Part shown: positions 12,667-26,146 of the stretch, piece by piece | Numbering within the stretch: position 1 is the first letter of the stretch | Layout of the letters: each line of letters starts with the position of its first letter | Assembly: GCA_002633005.1 (NCBI GenBank) | Contig: NMRA01000031.1 | Span: forward strand, 1,551,428 to 1,615,427 | Direction: 5' to 3' | From: Phoronis australis | Taxonomy: Eukaryota; Animalia; Phoronida | Length of the DNA: 64,000 bases | The notes under the pieces: model-generated | Seen by the model: only the letters and a program-made list of their open reading frames with translations | What the model was told of the DNA's origin: nothing | The model's database searches: none | Translations under genes and position numbers: made by a program

Positions 12667-15636
12667 GGGGCTATTCGGAGAATGCTTCCCGCGGTCTCGC
12701 TGCTGTACTAGTGGTGATTGAATTGCGCATGCGTCGCTGTCTGCATGTAAATAGCTGGTAAACAGACGGATTGTTATCAATATACGTCGTCGCGCATAAG
12801 CCTTATTATTGCTATTTTCCCTGGTGCAAGTCTTCGACAGGTGGTCATAAATTATCACAAAAACCCAAGGTTACTACATTCGTAGAGAATTGCGGTCAAA
12901 AGGGTCAACCAACTGACAAAAAGTGTGTGGATACCGAAGCCTCATTGGGAGACTACATAACGTTACTTGGTAAGTTTTTAGCAATCAAGTTTCTATCGAC
13001 ATCGTTCGGTGATGTTATCCCCACCAGTTACCCCACAGAGTAACGGGTTTATTGAATGGAACTTAGTGTTTCTTTTCGAAAATTCACCCGGGACTCGAAT
13101 GCCGGGTAGGCTAGCAGCACATATTTATTCACATATTGTCCTCCAGGGTTGAGAATGCGCCCAATATATGAGGTGTATGGTACATGACGCTCAGAAGTCA
13201 AGGGTGACTTTTTCACAGCAATTTCTCTTCAAAGCTATACTATGTCCAATAAAATTCTCTAGATGAGTGAGTTTCCTAATTTTATAACGGACCCCACCCC
13301 CAGGACTACCAGATTAGTTACCGAAATAAAATGAATAAGCTATACAATAAACGTCTTAACATTGCATTGGAATAAAAATTGACAGACACCTAAAATGAAT
13401 TTTACTTGTTGAGGTCAGAAACACATTTTAGGTGTCGTGAAAAATACACATTGTTAAATCACTTTTAGCCTGTTTAACATATTTTAGTTCAGATCTTAAA
13501 TAAGACTTGGGTACAAAGATAATTAGTTTCTACATATAAACATGAAGATGAAGCGTCAAGACTATGTTCTGCCTTACAAAAGTAGTTTTGTCTTGTGTTT
13601 TTTATAATTTGCTAATATTTCTCTGACTATTCTGTTACAGGTGAGAGAAAACGACTGAAACCAGCCACCTGACCGTCTATTTTACCTTTGGACAAAGTGA
13701 AAAGTAATCCTTCAGCAATAACCTGAGAGAATTGATCCTAATTCAGAAATTCAGGCCATGATATGCCTGATTATGGACTCCGTTGCATGGAAAAATTACA
13801 ATTGTTTTTAATTATGTCGTTTCTTTGTATTTATGTGGTTGTACAGTTTGCCATTTTGCTTTTTAAATAAACTGATAATTATTTATTCTCGAATCTTGCA
13901 CATTCTTATCCAGCTAGCTTCAATTGAAAACATACTTTTCTTGCATGTGGAACTTTTGTTGTGGACAAGTTAACAAAAAACTTAAAATTGTTCAAAAGCC
14001 TTCTTAAGAAAGCTCTAAAAATAATTACACACACAGACAAATCAAATGCAAACAAAGGGAATACTTCATTTTGATCGCTGCAAATTTCTAGTTTTCAACC
14101 GGAAAATGACCAATTCGCAAGCGTAATCGCTAAGCATTTCAGCTTTCTAAAGAATATGCACAACTGCGCTGTATGAGACTTTAAAACTGAGGAAATATTG
14201 TGGTTTCAATAATTAGTGACAAACTTGCCTGTTGATGAAAAATTTATTCGATCATCAAATTGTAACATTAACGGTCTTTTTACTGACAATAAGACAATCT
14301 ATGCTGTCACTGAATGTCATTTCCCCATAATGTGTACCAAATTGAAACGTTTTTACCATTAGTATAAAGCCTGTCTTCTGAAAGGAAAAGTTAATGTCAC
14401 TCAGTGAGAAAGGACAGGTGTTTATACCAGATGCTTTTGGTTTTTATTTCACAGGGATCTAGTTTCAATGGCCTATAGAAGCGCTTGTAAAAAATGTCCA
14501 GTTTCGGCACGTGGCTTTCCTTCATGTAATCTCATTCAACCTCATTAACATCCACAATTAGATCCTTGAAGGTAAACACAACAGCCTATCACTTGACTCA
14601 TTTTGTGCCCAAATATGACCCTGAACTAGACCAGAGTTTCACTAGGTCTTCTTTATCTTCAATCCCTCATGTTTCTTCCAGGAAAGGAAATAGGCTATTG
14701 TCCACACATGACTTAGCTGTCAGATATAGTTCCTCTTCATACACAAACAATCTACTGGTACGTTGTCTTGCGGTAACTTCGTACTGCGATTCACATTTCA
14801 CCGGGGCCACTGACTTGTACATTGTGTCATGCAGCACTGCTGGTGTGTGGAAATGCTGTCGGAAGCGAAAGGAGTAACAAATCTTGTTCGTTGTCTCCGA
14901 TGTAGAAAGTAGGCTTTGACAACAGATCTGCACTGGATGGGAAGATATTTCTGGTTAGTTGCAGCCAACTGCTTAAAACTAATTTTTATCCATTCAGGGT
15001 CGATGCAGAAGCGAAGCATATCTCCTTTTACACGGTACAAGCCCTCAAACCTAAAACCAAAGGTCAGGTGAAAACAGACATGACAAATTTCCATTTCAAC
15101 GTCTAATAGATTTCCGGAATGCATAGGATAGGGAGTAAACAGATACTCTAATGGATATTTGTCACGAACCCTTTGCCATGGCATTTGGCTTGGATTGCAA
15201 TCTTTAACTTACTAACCAATATCGAGTTAAACATTCAGCATTCATTGATGTAACTGTCACTGATAAACCTGAAAGAAATCATTCCAAACAATAATACTGC
15301 TTTGATGTGCTACGTCAAGTATCGTAACACACATCACAACAAACAAAGATTAACCCGACTGGCGACTGCCGCGAAGTCGACATCGGCGAGTACCTCAGTT
15401 AACAGGCATTAGTAGAATAAACATGGAATAATCCTTTATCATAAACCTTACCTTTGCATAAGGTCGTGCTTACTTCTTCTCGTAGAAGCACCCTTTTCAC
15501 GCAATCTCAGATTCAGTTGGCACGGCTACAAGCCATTTCACCATGTATTTAAAGGGCTCGCGAAATCGAGGCTGTTAATCTATCACCACTAGTACAAGCG
15601 CGCCCTCTAGTTAATGCAAATTTTCCGAATAGCCCC
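12667..15636. mobile_element. ~3-kb TIR element with AAT TSD (PIF/Harbinger-related, Pangu-like ANT target)
   Basis: GGGGCTATTCGGAGAA / TTTTCCGAATAGCCCC TIR plus inner TGTACTAGTGGTGAT / ATCACCACTAGTACA; AAT at 12664-66 and 15637-39. Confidence 0.65.
13641..13658 (+). CDS. Possible terminal exon (VREND*), host gene or TE-internal
   Basis: ctgttacAG acceptor, phase 0 compatible with the 7266 donor, AATAAA at ~13866; but it lies inside the 12667-15636 element. Confidence 0.25.
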   Translation: MREND

Positions 15637-16818
15637 AATAGGCAAGCATTCAAATATGTGGAATATATGTGAGTGACAGCACATCTGACTTATGGAAACG
15701 TATTTCTTCGACAAGACTCATCATGCATTCTAATTCCCAAACGACCAATAGCCACCAACAAATTTTTACGCTATCTAATCACTTGAAGACGGTCTACTTA
15801 ATCGTCAGTTATTCTACGGAACAGCTGACTTGCGTACCCAATTACATACATGTCATCGGACTTCGAGTGTCAACGGCTGTGACTGTTTTGTTTTACCTTT
15901 TATCTGATTGAAGATGAGTTGATGGATGGGTTAGTGATATATGAATACACGTAGACTCCAAAGACTTCAGTCGTGAATATTCCGTTGCGTGCAAAAATCA
16001 GTAGTTGTAAGGCGACAGGCCATTCTTGATTGCATGGTTCCATGCCGGCAGCAGCTGAATGAGATATCATCGGGATCATACGGAAAAGTGTTTTGTAGTA
16101 CAAACATGCAAGCACGAGCTCCGACAAATTTGCGTTTTGCTTCTCAGACTTCACAGCGGTAACTAGTGGGAGTGTCATGACTGCGTGTGTCGTAACTACA
16201 TGTATTCATCCTTATGCCAAATAACACAGTCAATCCATTCATTCCAATCTGTGTAGAATTTGGCACTTAATCTATTGACGTTTGGAAAATAGTTAATACT
16301 AGGGAAATTTGTCAAACCACAGCTGTCCAAAATTGCTTGCATTGTGTTTCTTATGTATGAAGAAAATAACTTTGATTTTAGCTGAACTCTCTCTCTCTGA
16401 CCGTAGACCATGCATTTTTTGTTCTCCAAACCATGACAAACAAAACCGTTTCTAATTTAAGGATGACGACATCCACTCTCACTTGAGGCATGATAAGGTC
16501 GCGCTGTTTCTGATTTACATGAACGTCGTCAGTGTAGCTGTGTGTATCATCGCGACCCTTGTCCCTATGGAAGGTGAGTGTTGCAAATGAAGTCGGGTTT
16601 TTGCAGTGACCCGCCAAATTAAAGTTTGAAAAACGACGCTAGGTGTCGCGTGCAACGAATGACCAACAAATAAATTGATACAAAAACAACCGACGAAGCT
16701 GCCATTCACGAGTTTACTACTTTAAATGTGCGAATACCGTAATATTGTAAGATTCTAAATCATTTTGTCTCGATGTTACCAACATGATGGAACATGGTGA
16801 AATTGTCGGAGTGGGGGG

Positions 16819-16906
16819 GTTATTTATTTATTTATTTATTTATTATTGTGATATTTAAAATGAGCGTGGCCTCTTCAGTGATAGCACTGCTTTCCAAGAG
16901 GGCCTG
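16819..16906 (-). mobile_element. 3' tail of a LINE/SINE ending in (TAAA)n
   Basis: Minus strand CAGGCCCTCTTGGAAAGCAGTGCTATCACTGAAGAGGCC (can fold as a stem-loop) followed by a TAAA microsatellite, as in L2/CR1-group 3' ends. Confidence 0.5.
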
Positions 16907-18214
16907 ACGCTCCGGACGACTTTACGATGAGTTATTACCTGCATCTGGGTAATGATACCCTTTGAGATTTAAAGTTTGACGTAGACAGAACGGCTGTCGT
17001 GGCTAATTTAAGTTTGTTGCAGTTTACCTCTAAAGGTATCTAATCTCGACAAAAGGTTTGGACATAACGGCTGATGTACTACACTACGTTCCGCTGCAAA
17101 AAGTTTACCAAATGCCCGCAAATGTCAGTATATGATAAAGGATCCCGAAAACATATAAAGCACATCTTGAAACACGTTTTAAGCAGTGCAGCTCATCCTA
17201 TGGGATGTGATATAACCCATATCAGACAAGTTCATTTTGGCGATCCTCCACACAGACGATAAAATCGTTCGCTGGTGACAAAGTCCTTTGTTTTAAATGA
17301 ACTCTTTTAAAATTCTGCTGGACCCCAGGATAGACTTTAGACCCACTCGCAGCAGACATTTAGTTCACTGAAAAGGGGTGTCGCGAAACCGCAAACCTAA
17401 GATGCCAAGATCTAGAAACAGCAACTCTAAAATTCTTACCTAAACAGTCCTGCGGGCCACCGTCTCTGTCCTCAATTTCAAAGGACTAAGTTCGACGGCT
17501 AGATGATTTCTAAAAGAAGCTTTTCGCACGCTTTTCATCTAGGCATATCCTGAACACCGGAAGTAGGTTTCTTTTATTGTTGCCACCAGTGTTGCAGACA
17601 CTGACCTGACGTCTTATCATCCAGGCCTAAAAAGATGGATATTCCGTTGAGGCATGTTTTCCGGCATGAATTTCGAGTGTTTCTTAAGGTCTTAAAATGT
17701 CATCGAAGACAACGCCAGATTCCACCAGTCTACTCAGTCTGATCCTTTCACTCCATTATGGTCATTCACGTTTTCACCTTGCCTGGTAATCCCATGCCAT
17801 TCCTTTAGTGGATATTGTACCTTGTTACTCAAAATCTTAACTGTTTAACTGATCCAGGGTCGAAAAATTGGGAGAGCGGGGGCAGTTAAAACAAATGAAG
17901 TCTCACGTAGGTAATGCTGCATGTGATGACAATGATAGTTTGATAACAATACAACAGTTATATGCTAATAAAATCAATAACAGCAAGTCATCTCTCAAAA
18001 CTATTTTCCAAATTTTATGAAAATATGTCACAGAACTTTTAAGATACAAACTCCCCCTAGCAACCACAATGTTAGTTGAATTCGTTCATCTGTTGTCATA
18101 TTTGTACATGAAGGAATACAATTGCAAAATTTCAAAAGCATCTTTCTAGGGGTTTAGGACATACAGACGTAGGTGCGAAAATATGTCACTTCGAGGCACC
18201 ACAGTAGTTTGCTC

Positions 18215-18635
18215 TGTTTGAAAATCCATTCAAGTAATGCTCTTGTCAGTAGGAAGACATCTGCCAATTTTCATAATGATCCTCTGCGTGGTTTGACCGA
18301 TGCAGAAACAGACGACAAACAACGTTCGAAATCTACTCGCGAAAAGCGGACTAAATTGCTTTACTGAAATCAGTTCTCTGCAACTGAAACATAATTTAAC
18401 CTGTTCATCAGGTACATGTATGTTCACATTTTTCTCTTAAAGATTTTGAATTTCTGTTGATGTCAAAGCATCTTTCTTTTAGTTTCAAATTTTGAAAAAA
18501 ACGATGTGTCAATTGCTCGTCATTTCCTTGATTTTTCTCAAACAAGACAAAGCAATTCTCTTTATTTGGCATGGCAATACATAGACGTAGTACATTCCAT
18601 TTATGTAGAAAATTTGACCTTTGGCCTTTGATGTA
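18215..18635 (+). repeat. Dispersed repeat, copy of ~7560-7975
   Basis: Direct similarity visible by eye. Confidence 0.75.
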
Positions 18636-20619
18636 AACAAAACGGTGGCGACCTGGAAGCAGCAGTCAGTCCTATCAAATGCAATTAATGTAAGTCCTAA
18701 CTGTTTAAAATAGTTATAAAGTTGTGGTTGTATATATTCTAAAATGCAGTTGGAATTTTTTTGGGAAATTGCTTGCTTCACTGGCTTACCTCTTACTGTG
18801 CTGTCGACCTCAGATTCGGATTGCGGTCACACATGAGAATGCGCCGTTAATATCCATCTTGCCGGTCAGCTGTTTGTCGAATGAATGCGCACATTTATCT
18901 TTAGTAGCAAGGAGATTATAATGTATGTTGTTATCGCGCAGTTTTTCGTTCGCGCGTATTTAAAAAAATTGGCACTTTATATTTTTTCTGGAAAATTTTC
19001 TCAATGGGGAAGTGAATAACTTTGTACTAGACGTTGCAGGATGGTACTTTCATCAAATATTGTTTAAAAGATATGTTGACGAGCTTTAGCCTTCCATGCC
19101 TCTTTAAGGGACTTTTTCAGACGGGTTCCTTTTGCATCACAGACAGTGGTCCTGTTTAGTTTATAACGATAAAAGAACTTCTAGAAGAATGTGAATTTTA
19201 AAGATCGTTATTAGGAAAGTATTAGTCGCTAGAAAGAGTCTTTCACAGGATACTCGTACAGGGTGTATGTGTCGATCAGATTGTTAAGGGCTATTTTTGG
19301 TGACCTTGTACAGTGCTCTTGTCTTGGATTAAAGTTCACAACTACGCATACTGACAATTGAAAGCATACTTTTTTGCAATACTTAGGGTGGAAACTTCAC
19401 CACACGAACCATAATAAAAACCCACTGGAAGGAACCAAAATTCAGACTAACACGATTATGCGAACACTAAACAAAACACTGTCCATAGTACATGTATGCA
19501 TTAAGTGGGTAAAACGTGCAATACACAGCTCATCACGAAAATCGCACCCTGCCTCACACGAAACGAATTGCTCAGTTCGATTCTATTCTACTTGTGGGGG
19601 TATTACCGTATGATGATCCCTAGAGAAAGGAAACGGGTCAAACAATCTTACCTGGACTGACGACACAGAAGGAAAAAACTCAAATGCATTACAAATGGTA
19701 CACTGTATTCAAAATATCATGTCTAAATCAGATATGCTGTTTAGCGTGGAGGAATGCTTTTCCTTGGAGTAATTAGCCCTTGGCTCTAATTACTGTCCCT
19801 GTACCAATTTTCCTGCATTTATACCGGCATTCTCAAACAAGATACGATTCATGTTGCCATGATCGATAATAAAATTACGGCAGCAAGGAAACCGACAGCG
19901 TATGATTGGGCTGAACTGAAAAAAGAGCAAGTACAATACGCGAGCAAAGTAAAGCATGATTCTGTTCAAGTATTTCCTTATACATGTATATCTCACATCT
20001 TGAGAAACTGTGTCAGTTTTGGCGTGAATTATATTGTATGTAAGACGACAACATGAGTCATGTTTTTTAAATCATGAATTTTCACCTAATAAGCTTTGGT
20101 CATAATTAACGGCCTGATTATGAAGCATTGGGGAATACTGATTATATGTGCATGTTCAACACAAAACTTCCTACCCACAACACCTTGCTTGCTTTTGTCC
20201 GTGCTTCGTGCTACAAATATGAGCAAATTGTCCAGGTTAATTTTCCTTCAAAACATCCTATTAAAACAATGGGCGCCCAACATTCTTGTGGATGCCGCCT
20301 GAATCATCTCAATCAACATTGCGCTGCGATATTCGAGATCACAATTCAGAGTTCTAACCATGAAGTAAGAAAAACTGAGAATTGATTTTTTTGTCTGTTT
20401 TGCACAACTCGCCAGAAGCTACAGTAGAAATGCACGGCGCAAAAATTGCATGTGTAACTGTACGCGTTGTCGAGAAACTCCTCCATGTGAAATATAGTCT
20501 TGCTGGTGGCCTTTTCAGCAGACATTTTCTCAAGCACGCGCAGCTCAGTAGTCTAGCAAGATCAACGAGGAGTATCGTAAACTCCCCCAGGAATCTTGTA
20601 AGAACACTCAAGGGACACT

Positions 20620-20935
20620 TTAAGATCGCTTATTAATATTACTAGGTCACCAATTAGTATTGTAAGGTCACCAAGGAGTATTGTAAGGTCACTGAGCTGT
20701 ATTGCCAGATCACTGAAGAGTACAGTGTATTCCCAGGTCACTAAGGATAATTGTAATGTCACACCGGACAATTGCGTTTATCACGCAGGAGTAGTGAGGG
20801 CACTGAGCAGCATTGTAAGGTCACACTGGAATATTGTGAAGGTGACTCGGCAGTTTTGTTATGTCACTGTGGAGTATTAATATGGCACTGATTAACATTG
20901 CAAGGTCACCCAGGAATACTATAAGGTCACTCAGA
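20620..20935. repeat. 21-bp tandem array (GAGTATTGTAAGGTCACTCAG-like)
   Basis: GGTCAC at 20645, 20666, 20687 (period 21). Confidence 0.9.
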
Positions 20936-21557
20936 TGTCACGTAAACGAGACAGATGACGTCAGACGTGTAGACCTGGGGTTGGAATCTATTTTTTACTC
21001 AAAATCGAACTCGAAAGGATTTTTAAATATTACTTTCTACGATATGTATCTGTTACTCTGGCTCAAATTTGCCATGGTTGATGTAAACGATTGTGTAGTC
21101 TCATTTTGCATTTGCTGATCAATAAAGGTGAGCCTGAAAATGAGTCTGAACACTAAATCCCGACATTTTACTAGAATTCTCGAATTTGCAAACGAGTTAG
21201 TTGCTTGACACTTGGTGTCATCAAGTCCGAATTCACAATACACAATGGTTTACGTAATCCATAACATACTCAAGTACAGAATTATAGGTGATTATGTTGA
21301 GTTCGTACTAAAAGAAAGAGGATAGAACCAAGTAGTATTTTGATATTGATTTCGAGTCAAAAGATTAGATCCTGGGTCCTAAGTTACTTACGTCACACCT
21401 AGGTTCCTCAATTTCTGTAAAAGGTATTTTTATCGAGACCGGTATTCGTAAAAGTACATCAATTTGGTGAATAGTCATAAAATTGGTATCAGTGTGAAAA
21501 TGCACCCGTCTTACAGGGGATCGAGAGACCGTCTCCTTCACACAGAAAGTTCAGTCA

Positions 21558-22328
21558 ATGCTTGAGGAGGTAAAGCCTTTGAACTCGGGACTATTTCTCA
21601 CTACACTGATGTTCAGCTGCGCTGTACTGGTTTCGTTGTACGCATGTGCAAGTACCTGCCGACGTAACGAAGCGGGAGGTTTGCTCTACCGTCATCCTTG
21701 TTACATGCCTCGTGTGTTACACGGCCTTTTACTCCCCGTACCCTTCTTATCTCTTGCCTGGGGAATTCTCTTGGGGAAGGGTGAACACGTATGGGCCATT
21801 GTGACTATTCTTTGCGCCGATATCGCTTGTAGTATAAGTCTGATGGTAGCAATGAGAACCTTTCACCAGAAGAACAACGAATACCCGGATGCAGTTCGCG
21901 ACAGGGAGAAATGGACATACCGAATCATAGTCATTAACGGACTAACGATTAATACAACATGGTTAAGCATCTTAATGCTAGAAACACTGGGGCTGCTCTT
22001 ACGCACCGAGATTGACGAGCAGTACCACAACCTGATATCATACTTATTCTGCGGCCTGCTATGTGTCAAGATGGTAGTCACCAGCGTACTCGAGTTAACT
22101 AAATTCTTCGAGTGGTCTGTCTACGTGTACGGCCACTGCGCACTTTGGACTACATACTGGCTAATCGTTTCTATAGTGTGTTTTGAAGAAGACGTGATAG
22201 CGCCCCTTAAAGCAATTTCTTGTACCTTGATCGCCGTGGCCGTCATTGTATTTGCCATAAAGACAACAAAAACTGTCAAATACGTAATGGACAAAAGAAA
22301 GGTGCGCTCTGTTTCTGTGGCCAGGTGA
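21558..22328 (+). CDS. Multi-pass membrane protein, paralog A; resembles the uncharacterised animal TspO-related family (si:ch211-161h7.5-like)
   Basis: Intact 256-aa ORF with ~7 hydrophobic segments; frame open back to a cttacAG acceptor (exon start 21517); CRR..LY..P.YMP and W.YR..V.NG...TTW..I motifs; intact paralog at 38356; AATAAA at ~22819 and ~22855. Confidence 0.85.
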   Translation: MLEEVKPLNSGLFLTTLMFSCAVLVSLYACASTCRRNEAGGLLYRHPCYMPRVLHGLLLPVPFLSLAWGILLGKGEHVWAIVTILCADIACSISLMVAMRTFHQKNNEYPDAVRDREKWTYRIIVINGLTINTTWLSILMLETLGLLLRTEIDEQYHNLISYLFCGLLCVKMVVTSVLELTKFFEWSVYVYGHCALWTTYWLIVSIVCFEEDVIAPLKAISCTLIAVAVIVFAIKTTKTVKYVMDKRKVRSVSVAR

Positions 22329-23084
22329 CATTGATACTGAAGGCCCTGTCTGGCCGCAGGACTTCGTTTCTCCTGATTACGCAACTGTTTTCGTTCTCTA
22401 AACGATGTCTGTCCATATGTATCGTTTTCGTTATCTCTATAAAACGTATGTCCTCACGTGTCATTGTGGTATACCAAGAGATGCGTTGTGGTGTGTGGTT
22501 GCATATGGACGAAAACCCTTTACGGAATTAGTCACGTTTTCAAATGAAAACGGAGTAATGAGACATGATCTTTTGACCCCAAACGATCCCAGAGGTAACT
22601 TTTCAACGTTGAATGTTCACTCCGATTGTTGTGAAAATTTAATGTGAACTGCAAAAAATGAAACCATGGGATAATTTTGATAACGAAATTACATCGCAAG
22701 TGTGCAAGAGCAAAAGCTGTTAAAATGATATAACTCTATTACTTTGCGTCATCCCGTGTCATGCAGTTATGGGAGTCGCTCGATTTGATTTAAGTTGCTA
22801 TATGTACGATCACTTTCTAATAAATCGCTTCATTCTCACTATACCTTTCTTTGAAATAAACCATTTTTACATGTAAATGTAGCGATCAATGTAATGTTTT
22901 AGTATTAAAAGTATACCAGTCAAGAAATTAATTAATGACCAGCCATCTCTTGAAAAAATAACCCACCATTACACAGTTTATGTTTTACCTCTCTGAGAGG
23001 GATTATGTGCATATTTTAATTCAAATTCGCTTTGTAAAGTACACTTGTAAAAAGCAAACGTTGTTGCAGCATACAATATAGAAC

Positions 23085-26006
23085 GAAGCAGTGTAGTACT
23101 ACAGGAGGGCCCCATTCCGCCTTCTTGCCATTCGCCGCAATGTTTATTGGTCGAAAAACTAGCGCCCCAAGCGGCGAATATGCAAAACTAACTGAGTCCG
23201 AACCATGTAAATACTGATAAATTCTCACTTCAATGACGTTTGACGTGCAAGATTACTGTGGGATTAAAATGGATAAAATACGTATATTTACATTCACTTA
23301 TAATGAAATGAGAATGAAAATGTCTAGTATTCAATGATTTTAATCATTTTAAAAAGTGCTACAGAAAGATTTTTTCTTTCATTTTATTGAAACTCCCTTT
23401 AAATCCATGGTTTTGGTTTGACTTTTTGATGATGCAAGTTACCGGTATTAATTACATTTCATACCTTCATGGACTAGATCATCTTAGTGACTGCTCCTGG
23501 AGGTACGGGGCAGTTGCCCCCAGGGGCCAGCTTAGGGGTACATGGGAGGAGTGCTAAACAGGTAAAACTGGGTGGGCTCTAAATGGGTGTTGAGATTATC
23601 CCAGGGGTGTGCATGGCAGGAGTACAAAACAGGTAAAAACCAAGAGAGAAACCACATGGGTAGTGAGACACTCACATAGTCACAAATTTTGGTTGCTAGA
23701 TCCCCCTGACTATTGTCAACATCTGCTGAGGAGGTGATGAGATTTGGCCCTGGTTTTGTGCGTTTCCCCTAAGGACTTTTTGTAATGACCGGTGTCCATG
23801 CCCCTGTAGTCAGTACCATCCTGGGTATTTTCCATTTTCATTCAGTACAAGGTGCTCCCAGCCCACTGCTCCTTTCATCTCCACTCAGCAATTTGTATGT
23901 ATTCCCTATTGAATGCGCTAGTTACCAAAAAGACAACCCTGCATGTTGTTTACTGTAAAGTTTTCTTTTGGAAATTGATTATATGTGGTTAGGAGAACAA
24001 AATTAGTTTTGTTGAACTTTGTGCAACATCGAGTAATTTTTATAATTCAAGGTGGCGGATAAACCCAGTTTCCCAGTTTCGATCTTCTGAAGTTCATGAC
24101 ATACAGGATCTTGCAATATACATCGTTCCTAGTGTTTTCTGGGACGTAGGGTCCATTTCTGGTATTATTTTATAGATACAGGGTGAAACTCAAAGTCAAT
24201 TGAGAGGTCAAAAGTCAAAATGTTATGAAGTCAGGACCTCTCTTGGTGGATGATAAATGTATGTGCAATGTCATAACAAATTCTGCTAAATTCCTCTAAG
24301 ATCCCATAGTGTTAAGGACAAGAGATTGTTAAATACTAAACCAAGATGTGCCAAACTCTAAAATATAAATATTGCGACTGAACAAGATATATGCGTAGCT
24401 TTATTCGACTTGTACAGGTGATTGATGCGTCTATGCTACATGTAGGCTTATGCGCACTTTTTTCATCTGTTTCGTTGTTTCTTTATTCCCATTCAGCTTG
24501 ATTTTAAAGAAATGTAAAATACTAGGGCCATATCTTACCAAAATTTCACAATATGTAGCCACGTGCAAAGATTCATTACCAACAAAAGTAATATGGATTC
24601 ATTTCGCGACTTGTTGTTGAGTTTTTGCGACTCAATACGTACATGGATAAAGATTAAAGGAAAATCACATGTGTCAATTATAAGCAAATATGAATGACAG
24701 ATACATACTTAGTCCTCATCCACACCTGGTCGTCCTTCACAGTCTTCAACGTGTACCTGTTAGCTCGTTTACCGTCTGCAGCAGATAACCCTTGCTTCAC
24801 ACTTACAATACTCTGTGTAACACAGGTCAGCGCCATTGCAACTACAGGGTGTGTCGCTACATGCCTTTCTTTCTGCACCGCAGCTACAGCTGACTGCGTC
24901 CAGTAGCGCTTCGGGTGAAGCATGTGCTGTTAAAATAGCTGCTGTTACTAAAGAGATGTCGACTTTCCGGCCAAGGATGGCAATACACTTAGTTTATGGT
25001 TCATCTCTGTGGTCAGCTCCCTTCCATAACAACATCTGATGGTGTGCTCAGAGTACGCGCAAGTACACATTGGCATCTGTTGATGGCATTTTCTTCAGGG
25101 GTGGGGGCTTTTTTGCCCACAGTAGAGCTTGGTACGGGCATCAATCATTATTTGAAAACTATTCTGCCCATGCAGAGCTTAGAAGAATACATACGCAGTT
25201 TCTGAAACTCAGTGTTGGTCTCGCCAGACTCTTCCAATACCTGATCGAGGCCTGGAATGTTAATTTCAAGTACTTTGAGGGCTGTCAGCTTTCCTTTTCC
25301 AAAAGCATAGGACAATATGTCGCAGCCGGACATAGCATGAATAAGTAGGTGTTGGCTGCCCTTTTTGTGCAGCAATCTCTGAACCGTTTCATTTATGTCC
25401 AAGATATCGCTATTCCACTTCTTCATTTGAATCTGGGTATCAACATCACAAAGACATCGGCGTTGTCACTGAGCATTCGGATGGTGTGGACACCTTCTCC
25501 CACCGCTTTTAACACGTGTGATGTGTGTTTCAAAATCGGTAACTACACAGTCGTTTTGGCTGACCAGCTCGATTTTATGTGGAAGAGGGTAGATAATAAA
25601 AGATCGTTGAGCAGATCCTTGTTCTTGGTATTGTTCATAATTATTTTATCGGCACGGTAGGATGGTGTTTCCTTAGCCTTTACTTGTCTTGACCTCTCAT
25701 GATCTTTTGCACAGGGATTTTCTTGGTCATATCTGTCGTACAGAATTACTGTCTTTGAAGTGGATGATAGATGGGCAAGTCGTGTACCAAAGCTTACCGC
25801 CAAATCTCCTGTAGTTCCGGAGACTGGTCAGACGACTTCATAAGAAGCTGGCCAGCATTCAACACCGCGACTGGAGCAGAATGATTTGCAACAGACTAGC
25901 CAAGAGACATGACCAGGATGATCTTAGCACCCTTTCTCAGGCAGCCGTATTCATCAATCAGGGCTGTTGATAGTGGACTCCTCTTGTACTGAAAGACATC
26001 GGCTAT
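23085..26006 (-). mobile_element. Academ transposon 3' part (TIR plus decayed transposase C-terminus), copy A
   Basis: Minus-strand fragments LYDRYDQENPCAKDHER, HAMSGCDILSYAFGKGK (XPG/H3TH-like GCD motif) and a Cys-rich tail; TIR ..AGTGTAGTA.. shared with 39864, 43882 and 54325; continues at 32515 after a nested insertion. Confidence 0.85.
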
Positions 26007-26146
26007 AGACCCAATAGGCGAACATTAAAATCCAAAGCGAGGCTCACTGCGATAAACAAAGCGGAAGTTGGCATTGCGTGAGTTAAGTGGCCGGTCTTTC
26101 GAGTCCAACCTGGATATTAAAATCTTAAAAATGTGTCGATAATTAA

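Larger units (their letters stand above)
19060..26006 (+). repeat. Segmental duplication, copy A (resumes at 32515-32580)
   Basis: Colinear similarity with 34430-41790 from TTTAAAAGATAT..CATGCCTCTTTAA through the gene, 3' UTR and Academ remnant. Confidence 0.95.

Noticed and set aside
13085-13110. B-box-like hairpin suggesting a tRNA
   Set aside because: No A-box or cloverleaf could be built
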